Both the position numbers and the translations under genes were made by a program. A stretch of 62,054 bases of DNA, counting the filler, from Choristocarpus tenellus KU-1152 (lineage: Eukaryota > Protista > Phaeophyceae), in assembly GCA_964200185.2 (NCBI GenBank). It is 10 parts of 10 records of this genome, joined end to end, with 100 filler letters (N's around TTAATTAATTAA, not from the genome) between each part and the next. Parts side by side here need not be neighbours in the genome. Positions count along the whole stretch, not along the records: positions 19,354 to 32,770 come from CAXNAD020001499.1; positions 32,871 to 35,696 come from CAXNAD020024408.1; positions 35,797 to 40,017 come from CAXNAD020015615.1; 7 more parts are not named here. The stretch is one strand, 5' to 3'. Shown here piece after piece: positions 25,756-38,900 of the stretch (within the stretch, counting starts at the first letter, position 1; each line of letters begins with the position of its first letter). The notes beneath the pieces were generated by a model. It saw only the letters and a program-made list of their open reading frames with translations. It did not search any database and was not told the origin of the DNA.

Positions 25756-28700
25756 ATGTCGAATGAACCTGGTGAAGACTTGGTCAGCACCTTGGTCGAG
25801 GCTGGATTCGAGGTTTGCCCTTGCAGATATTGTGGTACTCATGGTGCTTGATCCTTGGGAGGATAGATCACCTCACTTCAGAAGATAGCAGCTCCTTGAG
25901 TTTCAAATTCTCATATTTATTGCCAGCTGTTGCCTCTTTTGCCGTGTCAGTACTCTTCATGAGTGTTTGTGTCTATGAGTACTAACTGAGGTGTCGCCGA
26001 TGGTTGATGCCTGCTGGTGACTGAGGGTTCGAGCTTTCCGTGGTTGCAACTTCTCACCTGCCCTACAGATAACAAATTTCGCCCTCCCCATTGTGCATGT
26101 AGCGGCACGCGGCGGAGGTGGCCATCTTATCAACCGATGGGAATCTCAACCACGCAGCCAGCCTGATCCTGGGCTGGGGCGACAATCCCCCTCCAGCTAT
26201 TGAGACTGTTTCGTCCCCCGCCTCCACCCTCCGGATCAGGCCTGAGGCAGCTATTGCCCAAACGGCTGAGTCAGAGTCACTCCGGCTGGCTCAAGTAGTA
26301 CCCCCGGTGCCAGTCTCATCCAGGTATGCAATCCACAGGGTAGATGCCACAGACTTCAAGTCGTCGCGCCGCACGCCCTCCTGTCATTCTTCACCAAACG
26401 TTTGGAGTTCAAACGTATACTGAGATTTCGTTGCTTTAGCCGACGCCAATAAGCTGTCATCCCACCAAAATAGAGAGTAAGGACTACTTTCTCTGCCGTC
26501 ACTATGAGCCAGTAATGCCGATAACTACTTGGAACACGTGATTTTGTGGGAACCTGAAGGTATACCTCCCCCCTCCCACTATAGTCCAACCACCCCCACT
26601 AAGAGCAACGTTGGTTTGAACTTTAAACATTACCCTCCAGTAAGCTAACTGTGCTCATCTTCGTACAGGCACGCTGCTGAGGCTGAAGCTAGGGAGCGTG
26701 TGAACTCTATGCAACGGGAGAAGGTCCTCAAACAGGCTCGGCAAATGCGCAAAGAGGCGAAGCGCCGCCGTGAGCAGGTGGGCTTTATAGAAAGTTGACC
26801 TTCAAGAGTGGGTCAAACTTCAGTTCTTTTGTCTAGTCAATCAACTCACCTAGCCATAAATGATCAGAAATCTAGAACTCTAGCACTGTGCCTATGCCCG
26901 CCCCCACCTCTTGTTACCTCACTGTTGCCTTTGTCCAATGGTGGCATCCCTGACATAGATGGGAGAACATGTTTCAGGCTTCAACTTTCATATAGTGCTT
27001 TAGGGGACAACCCATCACACTTAATAACTAATTGTACACTGTCTACAGCAAATGATCATGGCAGATCCCCTTCTGCTTGTTGTGTTCTATTAGCAACCTT
27101 ATCATCCTGCCTCCCCACCTCCCCACAATGTAGCAACACACACCTAAACTTTCCCGTCATTGTGAACCACCTTGCAGGAGCTGGCCATATGGCAAGAGCA
27201 ACGTGAAGATGCTAAGCTTAGGAAGGGTGGCAAACATAAGAAGGGAGACAGTGGAGCAGAGGATATCAGGGGGGTTGGCACTGGAGCAAGAGAAGCTACT
27301 GCCTCAGCATCGACCAAGGTCAGTGGCTGAACACATTTCATAAAAAGACTCCAATAGCAGGTGACAGATTCTCAAAAGGAAAGTCTACATGCCCTGCACA
27401 TTGAAATTTGAGTGTGCAGTATCCCCTGAACCAAGATTCTGTTTCTAGCCTGATGCCATCATGTGGAAGTATTCAAAGTGAGCAAGGGGAGGGAAAGGGT
27501 TAGCATTTGCCTTGAATGTTGCTGACACATTTCAGAACATCTGATCCTTGTTATACAGTGGGTAGTGCACTAGTGTTACCCTTCCACTGGCACTAATGTG
27601 TATGTGCACACATAACACCATACACCCCCAAAAAACTGTGCGTGTCTTTGATGCAGAAGGTAGACATTCAGATACGCCTCCCCGATGGGAGTGCTGTGCA
27701 TCACTCCACTGCCCATGAGTCTAGTCTCCGGGATGTGGTTGACTGGCTTTCAACAGAGAGTACCAGAGCCAGTGAGTGTTATACATTGAAATATCTTGCA
27801 TAAGATACACCCTCACACATCCCTTGCCTTTTCCCTCATTTGACACCCGTTTCCTGCGACTTGTCATAGTTTGATATTGATATGTACAGCTGGATGTGGC
27901 CGACAGAGAGGTTTTGAAAGAGGGTTTTAGGTCCATGGTTTAGACTTCTGAAGTGGCTGGGATAGATACGTGATATGCTGGGAGGGTGGGAGGGGGGGGG
28001 GAGTGATCTTAAGATAAGTAACAGTACGGTGGCCTTGTGTTGAGATGCTTGTGTATACAGANNNNNNNNNNTTGAGGGGGGGTTTTTGGGGGTGTGGTTT
28101 GGGTGTGGGGGGGGGGGGGGTAAAGTGAGGTGTGGGGGGGGGGGGGGGGGGGGGGGGGGGGAGTGATCTTAAGATAAGTAACAGTACGGTGGCCTTGTGT
28201 TGAGATGCTTGTGTATACCTTAGCGGCAGATTGGAGTGATCAGTTGTTCATATTTATAGTGGGGATAACATTACCTGTCTTTTTTTGGTTAGTACTCTTC
28301 TGTTTTGCAATGAAATGCTCTATACTTTGGTATTGGCTGAAAAGAAGAAGAAGAAAAATCGTGCTCCATTGTTGGTACATTGGATAGTACATTGGACCTA
28401 ACACCCTTTGCTTGGCAGGAAGGACGGTAAGACATAAATTTTCGTAGCAGTCCTTAGTCTGCATGGTGAAGATCTTCATACGTCAATCTGAGCCTAACCC
28501 CTGCCCCAAGTCCTGTAAAGAGCACCCCTACAGTATCTTATCCAACCTCAGCTTTACTCTATCTCTCACCTTCCCATAACACAAACCTTTTTTTTCTCCT
28601 GCCTGGACCCACAGGCAAGCTAGGCGGGCGAGAAGTGGAGCTGCGTAGCCCTTTCCCCCTCCCAGGGCATGTGTTCCGAGGAAATGACTTAGACAGCACG

Positions 28701-31700
28701 ACTGTTGAAGGAGCTGGCCTAGCACCTCGGGGCAGGCTTATGGTGCAGTTTTGGTGAGCTGGGAAGGGGCAAGCAGGGGGTGGAGGAGGGAGGGGAAAGG
28801 TAGAAAGTGTACCTTCTTTTAGTCTTGCTCTGCCTTGACAAAGCAAGCATGAAGCTGTGTTATCATGCCCTGTCCCGTCCTGCCCTCTCCCTCTCCTCTA
28901 CATAAGCGCCCTTTGTCATGTATGTCTGACAATAAAAGGTTGGGGAAATGGTCAAATATGTACATTATTAAGGTTAAATTGTACTATGTGATGGACAGAT
29001 CACAACGGACTCAAGCACTTGCACATACCCTAACACTTTATGTTCTAGCACAAATTTCCAGGCCGAAGACTTCAGTCCAGCCTGAATCCGTTCTGCTGCC
29101 TTTGGGTATGATCTTAAAGAGAGCTGCTTGTTGCTATCATCTGGCACACCAAGTGCCCCAAACCTCATTTGCTCTGCCCTGATAACAAGCAGCATTCATA
29201 CTTCAAATTTATCCTTTCTGTTTAGTTTGATTTTCGAAATTGTATCCTTGTAAATCATGTGTTGTATGTTGTGAGACTTGGGTAGATTATCCTCCCCTTG
29301 TTTTTCTTTGTCTGTCAATCATCATACCTCCCAATCACACCATCTGTAAATCAATCTTCACACAGTGGATCCTCTGGCATCACAGAAGGCAAGGGGAAGA
29401 TGCCATCTTATAATACCCAAGGTAGTAGAAGAATGGAAGGAAGACTCAAGAGTGACAATGGCATTAGCAGTAGGGACCCAAGTTTCCCACTGTCAGGGGA
29501 GAGACTGCTCTCCTCCTCAGCACCCACATTACCCTTGGGAATTAGAGAAGGGGAAGGAGAAATTGAGGAAGAGGAAGAGGATGTGGAAGAGAGTAATGAA
29601 AATGGCAGTGGCGGGGAGGGGGGAGAAAGTGGCCTTGGCAGCATATTTGTTTTGGGTAGTTCCCCTGCGGGGCACAGTGGGGTGGGGGCAGGGGGCAGCA
29701 GTGATGATGGAGACAGTGATGAAGATGACATTTTTGACAATGAACAGAACGATGGTGATGGTGCTGCCAATGGAGATATATTTGAGGGGATTGCAGGCAG
29801 TGGGCACATGCTTGGTGGGACTCATGGCAGGGTCACTCAGGATGGCTTGGGGGAACTGGGGTTGGAGGGAGAAGGGAGGTCAGATGTGGATGCCATGCGT
29901 CAGGTCCGACTTGCCAGGCTAAGGCTCGATGAGGATCGTGACTGTAACAGCAGTCGTAGCAGGGGGACAGGGATTGGGGGGGGAGCTTCTCTTGAAAGGA
30001 AGGAGGGGGCTGCAGTTGGCACATTGCAGGTGTGTATAATGTTCTACTTCTCGTATCTTTCCACCCATCATGCCCCTCATTCTTAGGGTTGTTGGCATGG
30101 AGTGTACTCTTTGGTGAAAACGATCAAGGTGGTGAAAGCACCAATATTAACGCTGTGAACTGGGTGGGACAATGCCCAAAAGTCTTGCCTGCCCCGTCCC
30201 TGGCACTTACCTGGGGGTCTGTCTGTCTGACCCCTCACCCACCTCTCCCTCCCACCTCTCCCTCCCACCCATGACAGGAGATACTTATAGATAATATATG
30301 TCGGTGGTTAGTTGCTGGGAAAACTGTTGGTATATCATTTGGAAGACTAGACGGCATGACGGGGCAGGTTATCCTCCAGCGCATGGCAGACTCGCGAAAT
30401 CTTACCCCTGCAATGATGTCAGCATTCCGTGGTTGCCCTGTGGCCGCCCTGGCTCTTGACCGGAACCCTTGGACGACGAACACATTGCTGGATGAGTGTG
30501 GGAGGAAGGTGGGGTGGAAGAGTTTTTTTTTATTGTTGTTGTAGGTGTGTGTGTGTTGATTGGTCCACTGCTTTGCATTTCAATATTTTGGTTGTGCTTT
30601 TAAGCCATATTGTAGAGATAGAAATATGTATACGTTGTGCTTGGAGATATATGTGATTACCAGTGCAAAAGGCGTACTATCCCTGGGTTCTCATGAATTG
30701 TACTGTACTGTCAAGAATTCAGGGGGCGTTGGTACTGCCTTCTTTCTTTTATTTTGAATTATTGCTGAGAAAAGTATTTTATTTCCTACAGTTTTGAAGT
30801 GGTTGCAAACCCAGGAAAAGGGCAATATTGCCTACTCTGCTTGCATCCTTTGCATGTCCTGGAATCAGATGCGTCGTAACATAGACCTAGGCGGGTTAGT
30901 GTGTGCTCTATGATCCATTCTGTGTGTACTAACTGCCCTTTTGCCTGTCCTTCTCCAAGTTTGAGGAATCAATATACTCGCTTGAACAACATGCTGGAGC
31001 CATTTTTCAGTATTGTGTCAATGCTATAAGGCTTCATGTCCTACTCCTTACACCTTGCTCTGCCTTTCCACCCATCAGACGTCATCAACAAAGTACTACA
31101 CACCCATTGTATTCCTGACTTGCTTATTATACCAGCAGGTTGGACTGTTGGAATTCTGTTTTTCTGTTGAGGCTGAAGTTAGCAGTGATATAGATGATTC
31201 TCCAGTCATGTTCCTACATGTTTTTTTTGCTAATAGTGCCCACTACGATCTTACAATAGAATAAGCCAGAAATGTCCTCACTCAATTAAGAGTTTTTTTT
31301 TTAAGAAATCTCCCTCCCCTTGTGACTGATATCTGAAAAGTTGACAAACCAATGACAACAACTGAAGGTTTCATTGAGGCGCCTGACAGTTACTCACTGT
31401 CACTCCTTGACGACGGAGGCCATGGAGAGCATTGCCGGTCTCCAGTCTCTGTCGTACCTCAATATCACTGGATGCAAGGTGATTTGAAGAATATAGGGGG
31501 ATCTTGTTTGATTCTAGTTTGTGTTGTGATGCTCATACTCTGGATTGTGTATGTATGTTAAGTTATATTGTGTCTGTTTTCTCCTACATGACATCCTTTG
31601 AAGTGTGGGAAACAGGAAGGGGAAGCACAATTAAGTGTAGAAGAGGATTGTAGATGTTGATTTGACGGTTTGAATGTTGAATGTGGGAGTCAAGCCTAAG

Positions 31701-32746
31701 AGATGCTGTGTCCTTGTTGTTGTTACATTTGAGGCTCTGAGTCTGAGGATGACAGAAGGTGAGGGGACTGTTGTCAGGCAGAGTGCCTGAACCGTAAAGT
31801 TTGTTATTTTTGCATGTCTGCTCCCAATTAGTGGGTCTAAATGTTGTCAGCATGGCAATGTGGCCCAGTAATTGAGGTAGGTGTATAGTTGGCTTCATGC
31901 TTTGTGGTTTGTTGGTGGTTTTTTGAGAGACTAGGATACAGCGGTGTTCTCCCCCCTCCCCCCCCACCCCCTAAGGTTCAGAACTGGAATATTGAGATGA
32001 TGGTGTAGGACACTGATTTTTGTTGTAAGATCGTGGCAAGAGACGTTTGGGAGGGGGAAGGGAGGGATGTTATCTTCAATAACACTTTAACACCAATATT
32101 GCTGTAGGGAGGTAGGAACATGTGGGAACACAACTTTAGGAAGGAGTTGCTTTTGGAGAGGGTTGAAGAAGTACTCAAGTGATCTTGTGTCAACACACAG
32201 AGATAGGGTGGATTAATGCAACACATTTTGACAGTCATGCAAGTACAAAATAAGACCGATTTCCAACTTACTACATATTTTGTATCGTAGACATAGTTTG
32301 TACTAAGGACTATGTACTCGGTGTTTAGAAGTGACATACGTTTCACAATTTAGCCTGCAACCCATGAGCATAATTCATAGTGCAGCATTGAGCCCACCAT
32401 TGCTGCTCCAGTAGAGCCCTAACTTGCACATACAGGGCTTGTGGGATGGTTGAGGTTTTGGAGGTTGTGTGTGTGCACACTGTGTGTGGTATTAGTAGGA
32501 CAGTAGTGACTTAGATGCCCTAACCCAAATCCAGATTTTTTCACACCTACTTACATGACCACAAACATTTTCAAACCAAGTCATTTGTACAATGATGTAC
32601 CAACGTTGAGATGATTGTTTGCATTCATTATGTGTCCTAATCTTTTACCTGGTCGACCTCATGAATAGCAGGTAACAAATGCATGGCTAAAGGCAATTGC
32701 AAAGCTCCCAGGCCTAGAGACACTGGTGATGCGCCTCTGCACCAAG
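25756..32746 (+). CDS. UBA - coiled coil - UBX - acidic linker - BC-box-like - LRR protein, at least 10 exons and 621 aa, 3' end cut by a gap
   Basis: In-phase exons 25756-25812, 26103-26323, 26669-26777, 27178-27318, 27657-27771, 28615-28753, 29366-30029, 30278-30508, 31368-31478, 32672-32746. UBA: LVEAGFERHAAEVAILSTDGNLNHAASLIL. UBX: IQIRLPDGS...SPFPLPGHVF...TVEGAGLAPRGRLMV. BC-box-like: VGTLQEILIDNI. LRRs: LRRLTVTHCHSLT, LSYLNITGCKVT, LETLVMRLCTK. Confidence 0.88.
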
Positions 32747-32870
32747 GTGAACCCCCCCACCCCCCACCCCNNNNNNNNNNNNNNNNNNNNNNNNNNNNNN
32801 NNNNNNNNNNNNNNTTAATTAATTAANNNNNNNNNNNNNNNNNNNNNNNNNNNNNNNNNNNNNNNNNNNN

Positions 32871-32891
32871 CCCCCCCAGATACGTTGGGTC
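32871..32891. mobile_element. MITE family A right end, inserted in the copia integrase
   Basis: cccccccagatacgttgggtc at the contig start. Confidence 0.65.
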
Positions 32892-35310
32892 TTTGGTGCA
32901 CGAAGCACTCCGTCCTGAACACACGGAGTCACTTGTAGTTGAATGACTTTCTGGTCAGGCGCTCATATGGTGTCTTGCTGCGCAGGTACTCGTGTAGCGT
33001 GCCTGTGGTCTTGTATGTGGCGTCCACCACTGCGAAGAACCAGAACTCGTCCCCCAGTCTAGCCTGGATCAGCTGGCTGCACACCGTATTACCTGTTTCA
33101 TTGCCCGCTCAGCAATCCCGTCGTTGCTCTGGGGCGTGCGCAGGGGGGTCTTGCACCACTTCACGCCCTGCTCTGTCAGCATGCGCTGGAACCTTACGCT
33201 CCTCCTGAACTCGCCAGCCCATCCCTGCTGATGCACCTCACCACCACCCCTTCCCGAGCCATCTCATCAATGTAGGCGGCGATGGCCGCAGTAGCGGCCA
33301 CCTTGGTACGCAGACCCATCACACGCTTCTCTCGGCTGGCCTCATCCACGAACACCTGAAAGTACTTCATGCCCATCACATCTGGGTTGAAGGATCCCTC
33401 CAGGTCTGTGTGCATCACCTTTCCCACCGCATTGGGGCTGTGGCTGCCCCATGCGTGACTGAGTGCCTCGGACTTGCACTCCTTGCTTTAAGCACCTGGC
33501 AGTGGAGCTCCGAGGCGACTGTGGCATCTGCGATGTCCAGGAGGCCGCGCTTCTCCAGGTGCTTGATCGCAAATGGGCTGAGGTGACCCATGATGTTGTG
33601 CCAGTCGGAGAGGGAGAGGCGCTGCTGCTTATATATTGGTGTACCTAGCATTGGCTGTCGCCAAACCCTTTTTCCCTTTTCTTATGTGAAACTGGGCCCG
33701 CAGCATCAGGAAAGCTCCCTTCTTCTCCAGATAGATCTTGACTGCCCCCTTGTTGGCCTGGATGTAGAGCTCCTGATCTCTGAGTCCACGAACTCACCTC
33801 CCTTGCGCCGCACACTGCCTGTGCTGAGAAGTCTGCATGGCAGACCCGGTACCCAGAGCACATCCTCAAGCACAATTGTGGTCGGTGTGCCAATTTCGTC
33901 AGTTGCCTCCAGGACCATCTCGCCGGTTGCTCGTGTGTCCAGCGTACCCTTGTTTCCGAAGGTGCAGGTGTAGGTGATAGCTATTGCTGCAGTGGGGTCC
34001 TGCAGTTGGGGGGTGAGGTTCACGTTTGCACCCGAGTCGCACAGGAGGGTCATGGTGTTGGACTGATCTTGAGATGAAGCCAGGAGTACTGCCTTGACCA
34101 TCCTGTTGTACACATCCATTCCCAACAGACACGTTCTTGGCCAGGAACGTCCGCAATAAGCCCTGGTAATCAGCCTTGCCGCCGCGCCTCCAACGCCATT
34201 GCTCTGGTCCCTGGCTGGCAGTGGTGGGAACTTGCGCGGCGCCCCAAGCCTGTGGGGGGGCACTTAGCCGTAGGTTTGCCGGCCATGTACGAGTGGCACT
34301 CCTTCCACCTGTGGTTGTGTTTGAGACAAAAAGCACATTGGTTGGCACTGAGGCCTCTCCCGGACCCCTGTCTCCCTGTTGGTGTCCCTGCACCAGTGTG
34401 GAGCTCCATAGCCCCTGAGCTCCTGGTCGTTTCCCCTGTGACCTCCGCCGTCATGTGCAAAGAGGACAAGATGAAGGCTGTCTTGAGGTGGTCGCATGTG
34501 AGGTCCAGTGCTGTGGACAGCTGAGCAAACACCTGTGGCATGCTGTCCCTGATACCGATGACCAGAGCCCCCTTCTTGGCGTGGTTCTCCTTGGCCACCT
34601 CCAGCTGCTCGTACTCCGTCCATCGTTGATCGAGACGATCGAGACGGATGACGAAATCGGCAGCGTCCTCCACCGATGAGCAGTACATGTCCCGCAGCTT
34701 CATCTCGAGAGCTATGTGCTGCATGGGCCGCTACACCGCAGCACACCCCCTGTATATTTGTTCCAGCTCGAGCCAGGCTGCCCTCCCATCGTGGGTGCTG
34801 ACCACCATCACTGCGGCCCCCCTCGTGGCCTGGTCCAGCAGGAACCACTAGGCCTCACGATTTCTTGACATACTCGTCATATGCGCTGTGGTCCCCTAAC
34901 AATATATCCACTGTAGGAGATGCAGCGATGTGGTACGCCGGTTGGAGGATGCGGCTAGAGTCCCTTCCCGTCCACATAGCTCACAAGCGCCATCCGCCAT
35001 TCAGCCCACTTCTCTTTTGTATGCCCTCGCGCGCCAGTCCATAGCGGCAGCTTACGTGGATCCACTTCCATACCTGTGAGGTTCATAACCTGTGCAAAAG
35101 AGCTGTTCTCAAATAGAGTTTTTGCTTTATGTATGGATGAATTAATTAGCGGAGTGAGCACCATTCCTCGAAGGGGGCTGCCCTGCCTCGTTACCTACTG
35201 CGCACGTCAGCAGCAGACACGTCAGAACGTGTCTGTGTTAGTCGCACTGCATCAGTCGTTCTGTGCCAGTCGCACTGCGTCAGCTACTTGTAGCAAACCA
35301 AAAAGAAACA
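32892..35310 (-). mobile_element. Ty1/copia element, 5' part: putative LTR (from 35091), PBS 35080-35090, gag, protease, integrase; RT lost at the contig end
   Basis: CACA-GGTTATGAACC, then ATG 35071 MEVDPRKLPLWTGA. Knuckle CAFCLKHNHRWKEC; protease LCDSGAN; LEDVLWVPGLPCRLLS; WHNIMGHLS; integrase VMHTDLEG..YFQVFVDEASR; FWFFAV..KTPYE..LRVF. The PR-IN order is copia-type. Stops and frameshifts. Confidence 0.92.
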
Positions 35311-35672
35311 ATCCCGTCGAGACCTGAACCCATGACTCCTAACCTACTACTGACTACCAGCCTATATTGCACAGGTCCTCTCTCTGCAATGTATGTCATG
35401 ATGAAATAAAATAATGCTTCATGGCTGGTTGTTGTGATGTTCAGATACATACGTATGTGTGATACATGGAACAGGTACAAAACATGTGTTTGCCTGATCA
35501 AGATTCAGCACCCTCATCAAAATAATATATAACTGGTAACATACTATTATTTAGAGGTGTAGAGTAGAATGTGATCTGTAGCAAAACACAAACAAGCAGG
35601 CCGACAGCAACAACCATCAGTAAATATAATGTCATTTAGTCATAGTTGTTCGTGTGACACACTCAAGGTAAT

Positions 35673-35696
35673 GACCCAAAGTATCTGGGAGAGGGG
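35673..35696. mobile_element. MITE family A terminus at a contig end
   Basis: gacccaaagtatctgggagagggg. Confidence 0.65.
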
Positions 35697-35989
35697 NNNN
35701 NNNNNNNNNNNNNNNNNNNNNNNNNNNNNNNNNNNNNNNNTTAATTAATTAANNNNNNNNNNNNNNNNNNNNNNNNNNNNNNNNNNNNNNNNNNNNTAGA
35801 TATGATTCTTTTCTGATTATCCATGTGGACGTTGAAATCCCACATGGTAGGCTGCACTGGTCTTACCCACCTTCTCAGTCAGCGGAATCGAGACCACAAA
35901 GACCACAAGGCCCTTGTAATACTAACATTGTTCATCTACATCAAGCTGTTCTTTGTCTTCAGTGTGGGATAGTTCAACAGACTCCTGTC

Positions 35990-38900
35990 CACTTGGGAAC
36001 AGTCATGGTGTTGTTGACACCATCATAGGGAGTGGCAAGCGTCAGAGGTTGACATCAATCACACCTCTTGCTCTTCAGGCGTCGTTTACTGCCTGTACAC
36101 GTGTCACTAAGCATTTTTCTTTGCCGTTAGCTCAAACAAACTTGTGTAATGATAATGATACTTGGCTCAACAGTTCTTTGTGCAGATGCACCATCTATGC
36201 CCAAACCTTTATCGTTTTCGTACGGTAAACGGTTCACGATTGCATATCCATGGATTTATTCGTTTTGCACTTACACTTGGTGACACCACATTACCAGTTG
36301 AAGCTTTAGTGACTCCAAGTCAAAGTATCTTAGAGGGTAGAGCCGTTTCCATTTGGGATCAAAATCCAATGTTGCGATTCTGGTGTAATTTTGGCTATCA
36401 CGTTTGTTAGGAAATGCCAATATCTATGTTTCGGATGCACTTTTTCATAACATACACACTTTATCTACTCCTAAACATTTTGGACTAGAAAAATGTCATA
36501 AAAGAGCCAATGGGAAGCCAAGCCCCAAATGGACAAATAGGGCAAAACTCTTACCCTCTAAGATACTTTCACTCTCCCCAACTTGATCCCGACAAAATTC
36601 TGCTTGACAATAGTGTTATGCAGGCCTTCGGTGCAATCCTTGATTGGCAAGAACAACGTCTCTCATTCCACAACAGTTCGTGTACCATTTCAGCGAGACA
36701 TCACATGACAAGGAGCCCTACACAACAAATTCGTGATACAAGTACCACTCCTTTGTGCTCTGTGGTGAGTGTGCAACATGATTTTGACCCTGTACCCGTT
36801 CGTGTACATAAACGGTATAACATACCACCTGGTCATGAAATCATCGTACGTTGCACAGCTGATGCTAGTCCGTCGTTTGATACTACCGTTGTAGTGGAGC
36901 CAGTCATACATTCTATGTCTGCTGTAGATCAAACCACTGAACCTACACACCCATGGAATCGTATCGTAGCTGCTCACACTCTCAGTACTTGGTCAGCAAG
37001 TAATAGATCAGTATTGGTTAAAATGGCAAATCCAACAGCACGAAAGGTCCGTATATCAAGAAGCATCTTGTGATAGGTCACTTAATCCCAATTTCTGATC
37101 AGATACCAATCACTGATAGTGCTCTAAATACTGATTCTGCTCCATTCAGTAAAACTAGAAAGGAATTACATCAAGCCTTCAATAAGACGAAAGCATTCAA
37201 GATATACTACGTTCCATCAGTCACAAGTGTCTCAACTTTTAGACCTCTGTGCTCGTTATAGATCGGTATGTTCGCCGAATGCACAGAACTAGGCAGATGT
37301 ACCCTAGCTGAAGCAGAAATTCCTATAGAACCTGGCATCAAAGCTGGCAGGAACCCTTACAGAGCAAACCCCTGTATCCAACAAGTAATGACTCGAGTGT
37401 TAATACTATGGAAGAGCAAGGCCAGCCCTTGGGATAGTCCTGTTACTATTGTGGCCAAATCTGATGGCTCCCCACGATTCTTTGTAGACTATAGGTCAAT
37501 TGTTAACAAACACCTTGTTCGACATACTTGGCCTATGCCTGATATGGAGTCTTATATTGATAATATTGGGGGTGCCAAATTTATCACCGTTTGTGATATT
37601 CAGAGTGCATATTGGCAAATTCCTGTTGCAGACGATGAAATTGATAAAACTGCTAGTGTCACGTCCAGAAGCAAATAGTTTTTAAGAGGATGCTCTTTGG
37701 GATATCAAATGCTCCCTGGCAATTTCGAAGAAACACGCCCTTAGCATTTGCAAATTTTGGTCCACTGAGTGGGTTGCTAGTCCACATGGAATGATCTGAT
37801 TGCTTATTCTCCCACATGGGAAGGGCATCTGCACTTATTAGAACAGCAATTCAAAGCTTTGCAAGCAGCAGGTTTAACCTCGAAACCGTCAAAGATCCTA
37901 TTTGGACCTAAAGAAGTGCTCTATCTGGGTAACATTTTATCGTCTGAAGGGGTTCGTATCGGTGAATCGGGTTCGTCCAATCACTGAATTACCCAAACCC
38001 ACCACCATCAAGAACTTCGATCTGTCCTAGTTATGGTTAATGTTGTACGTAAATTCATATCCAACTTAGCCACAGTAATCGAACCGTTAGTTTGTCTCAC
38101 TAGAAAAGGTGTCAGTAAGAGAGTGGATAAAGAATGGGGATTGGACCAGGAAGTGGCATTTTTGAAGTAAAACCTTTTCTCACTGCAGCTCCGGTTCTCG
38201 TATTCCCTTACTTTACCAAAGAAATCATCGTCCATGTTGATGCCAGTGAGAGTGGTGCTGAAAGGTTTTTATCACAACCCCGATCCGAAATCCTGGAGAC
38301 CAAGGTATCATTGCATACCTCAACAAAAGGTTTAATGAAGCTCAACGTCACTATTTAGCTACATAAAGAGAGTGTTATGTAGTCGTTACAGCTATCGCTC
38401 ATTGGCGACCGTATCTTTAGGGTAGACACTTTACCTGCATCACAGATGCTGCTACATTGTGTTGCTTGTATAGAATGCAGGATACCAGTAACATGCTTAC
38501 TCGTTGGGCTATTGCTCTTCGAACTTATGATTTCACTATCAAACACAAGCCCGATAAGTTCAGTGTTATACCTGACACTCTATCTCGTATTTTCAAGTTC
38601 CAGGAATAGGAGAAATCTGTCGTCCCAATCTTGGCACCAATCTGTCGCAATGTGCCTGAAGGTAGTCGTGCATTTACCACACACATGTTCAAAAGGAATA
38701 TGAGTTATCTGCTTCTAACCTTGACCAGGCAACGCCCGTCCAAAGTGATCGTGAACTATTTACTAGTTCCACTACTGTGTTTGCTGCAGTGGACCCAGAG
38801 CAATTGCACAAGGAGCAGGAATCCGAGTTAGGACCATATTTCAGGTATTTGCAGTCCCCCAACGTTGCCCCACCACCTGGTAAGGAATCAACGACGTCTA

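Noticed and set aside
27990-28218. ~60-bp direct repeat (gagtgatcttaagataag...gtgtatac) around poly-G
   Set aside because: It flanks a 10-N gap and noisy G-tracts; most likely overlapping contig ends that were not merged.
35310-35325. tRNA-3'-end-like sequence as the copia PBS
   Set aside because: It lacks TGG, and a better half-tRNA-Met PBS at 35080-35090 directly precedes gag and is shared with a second element.
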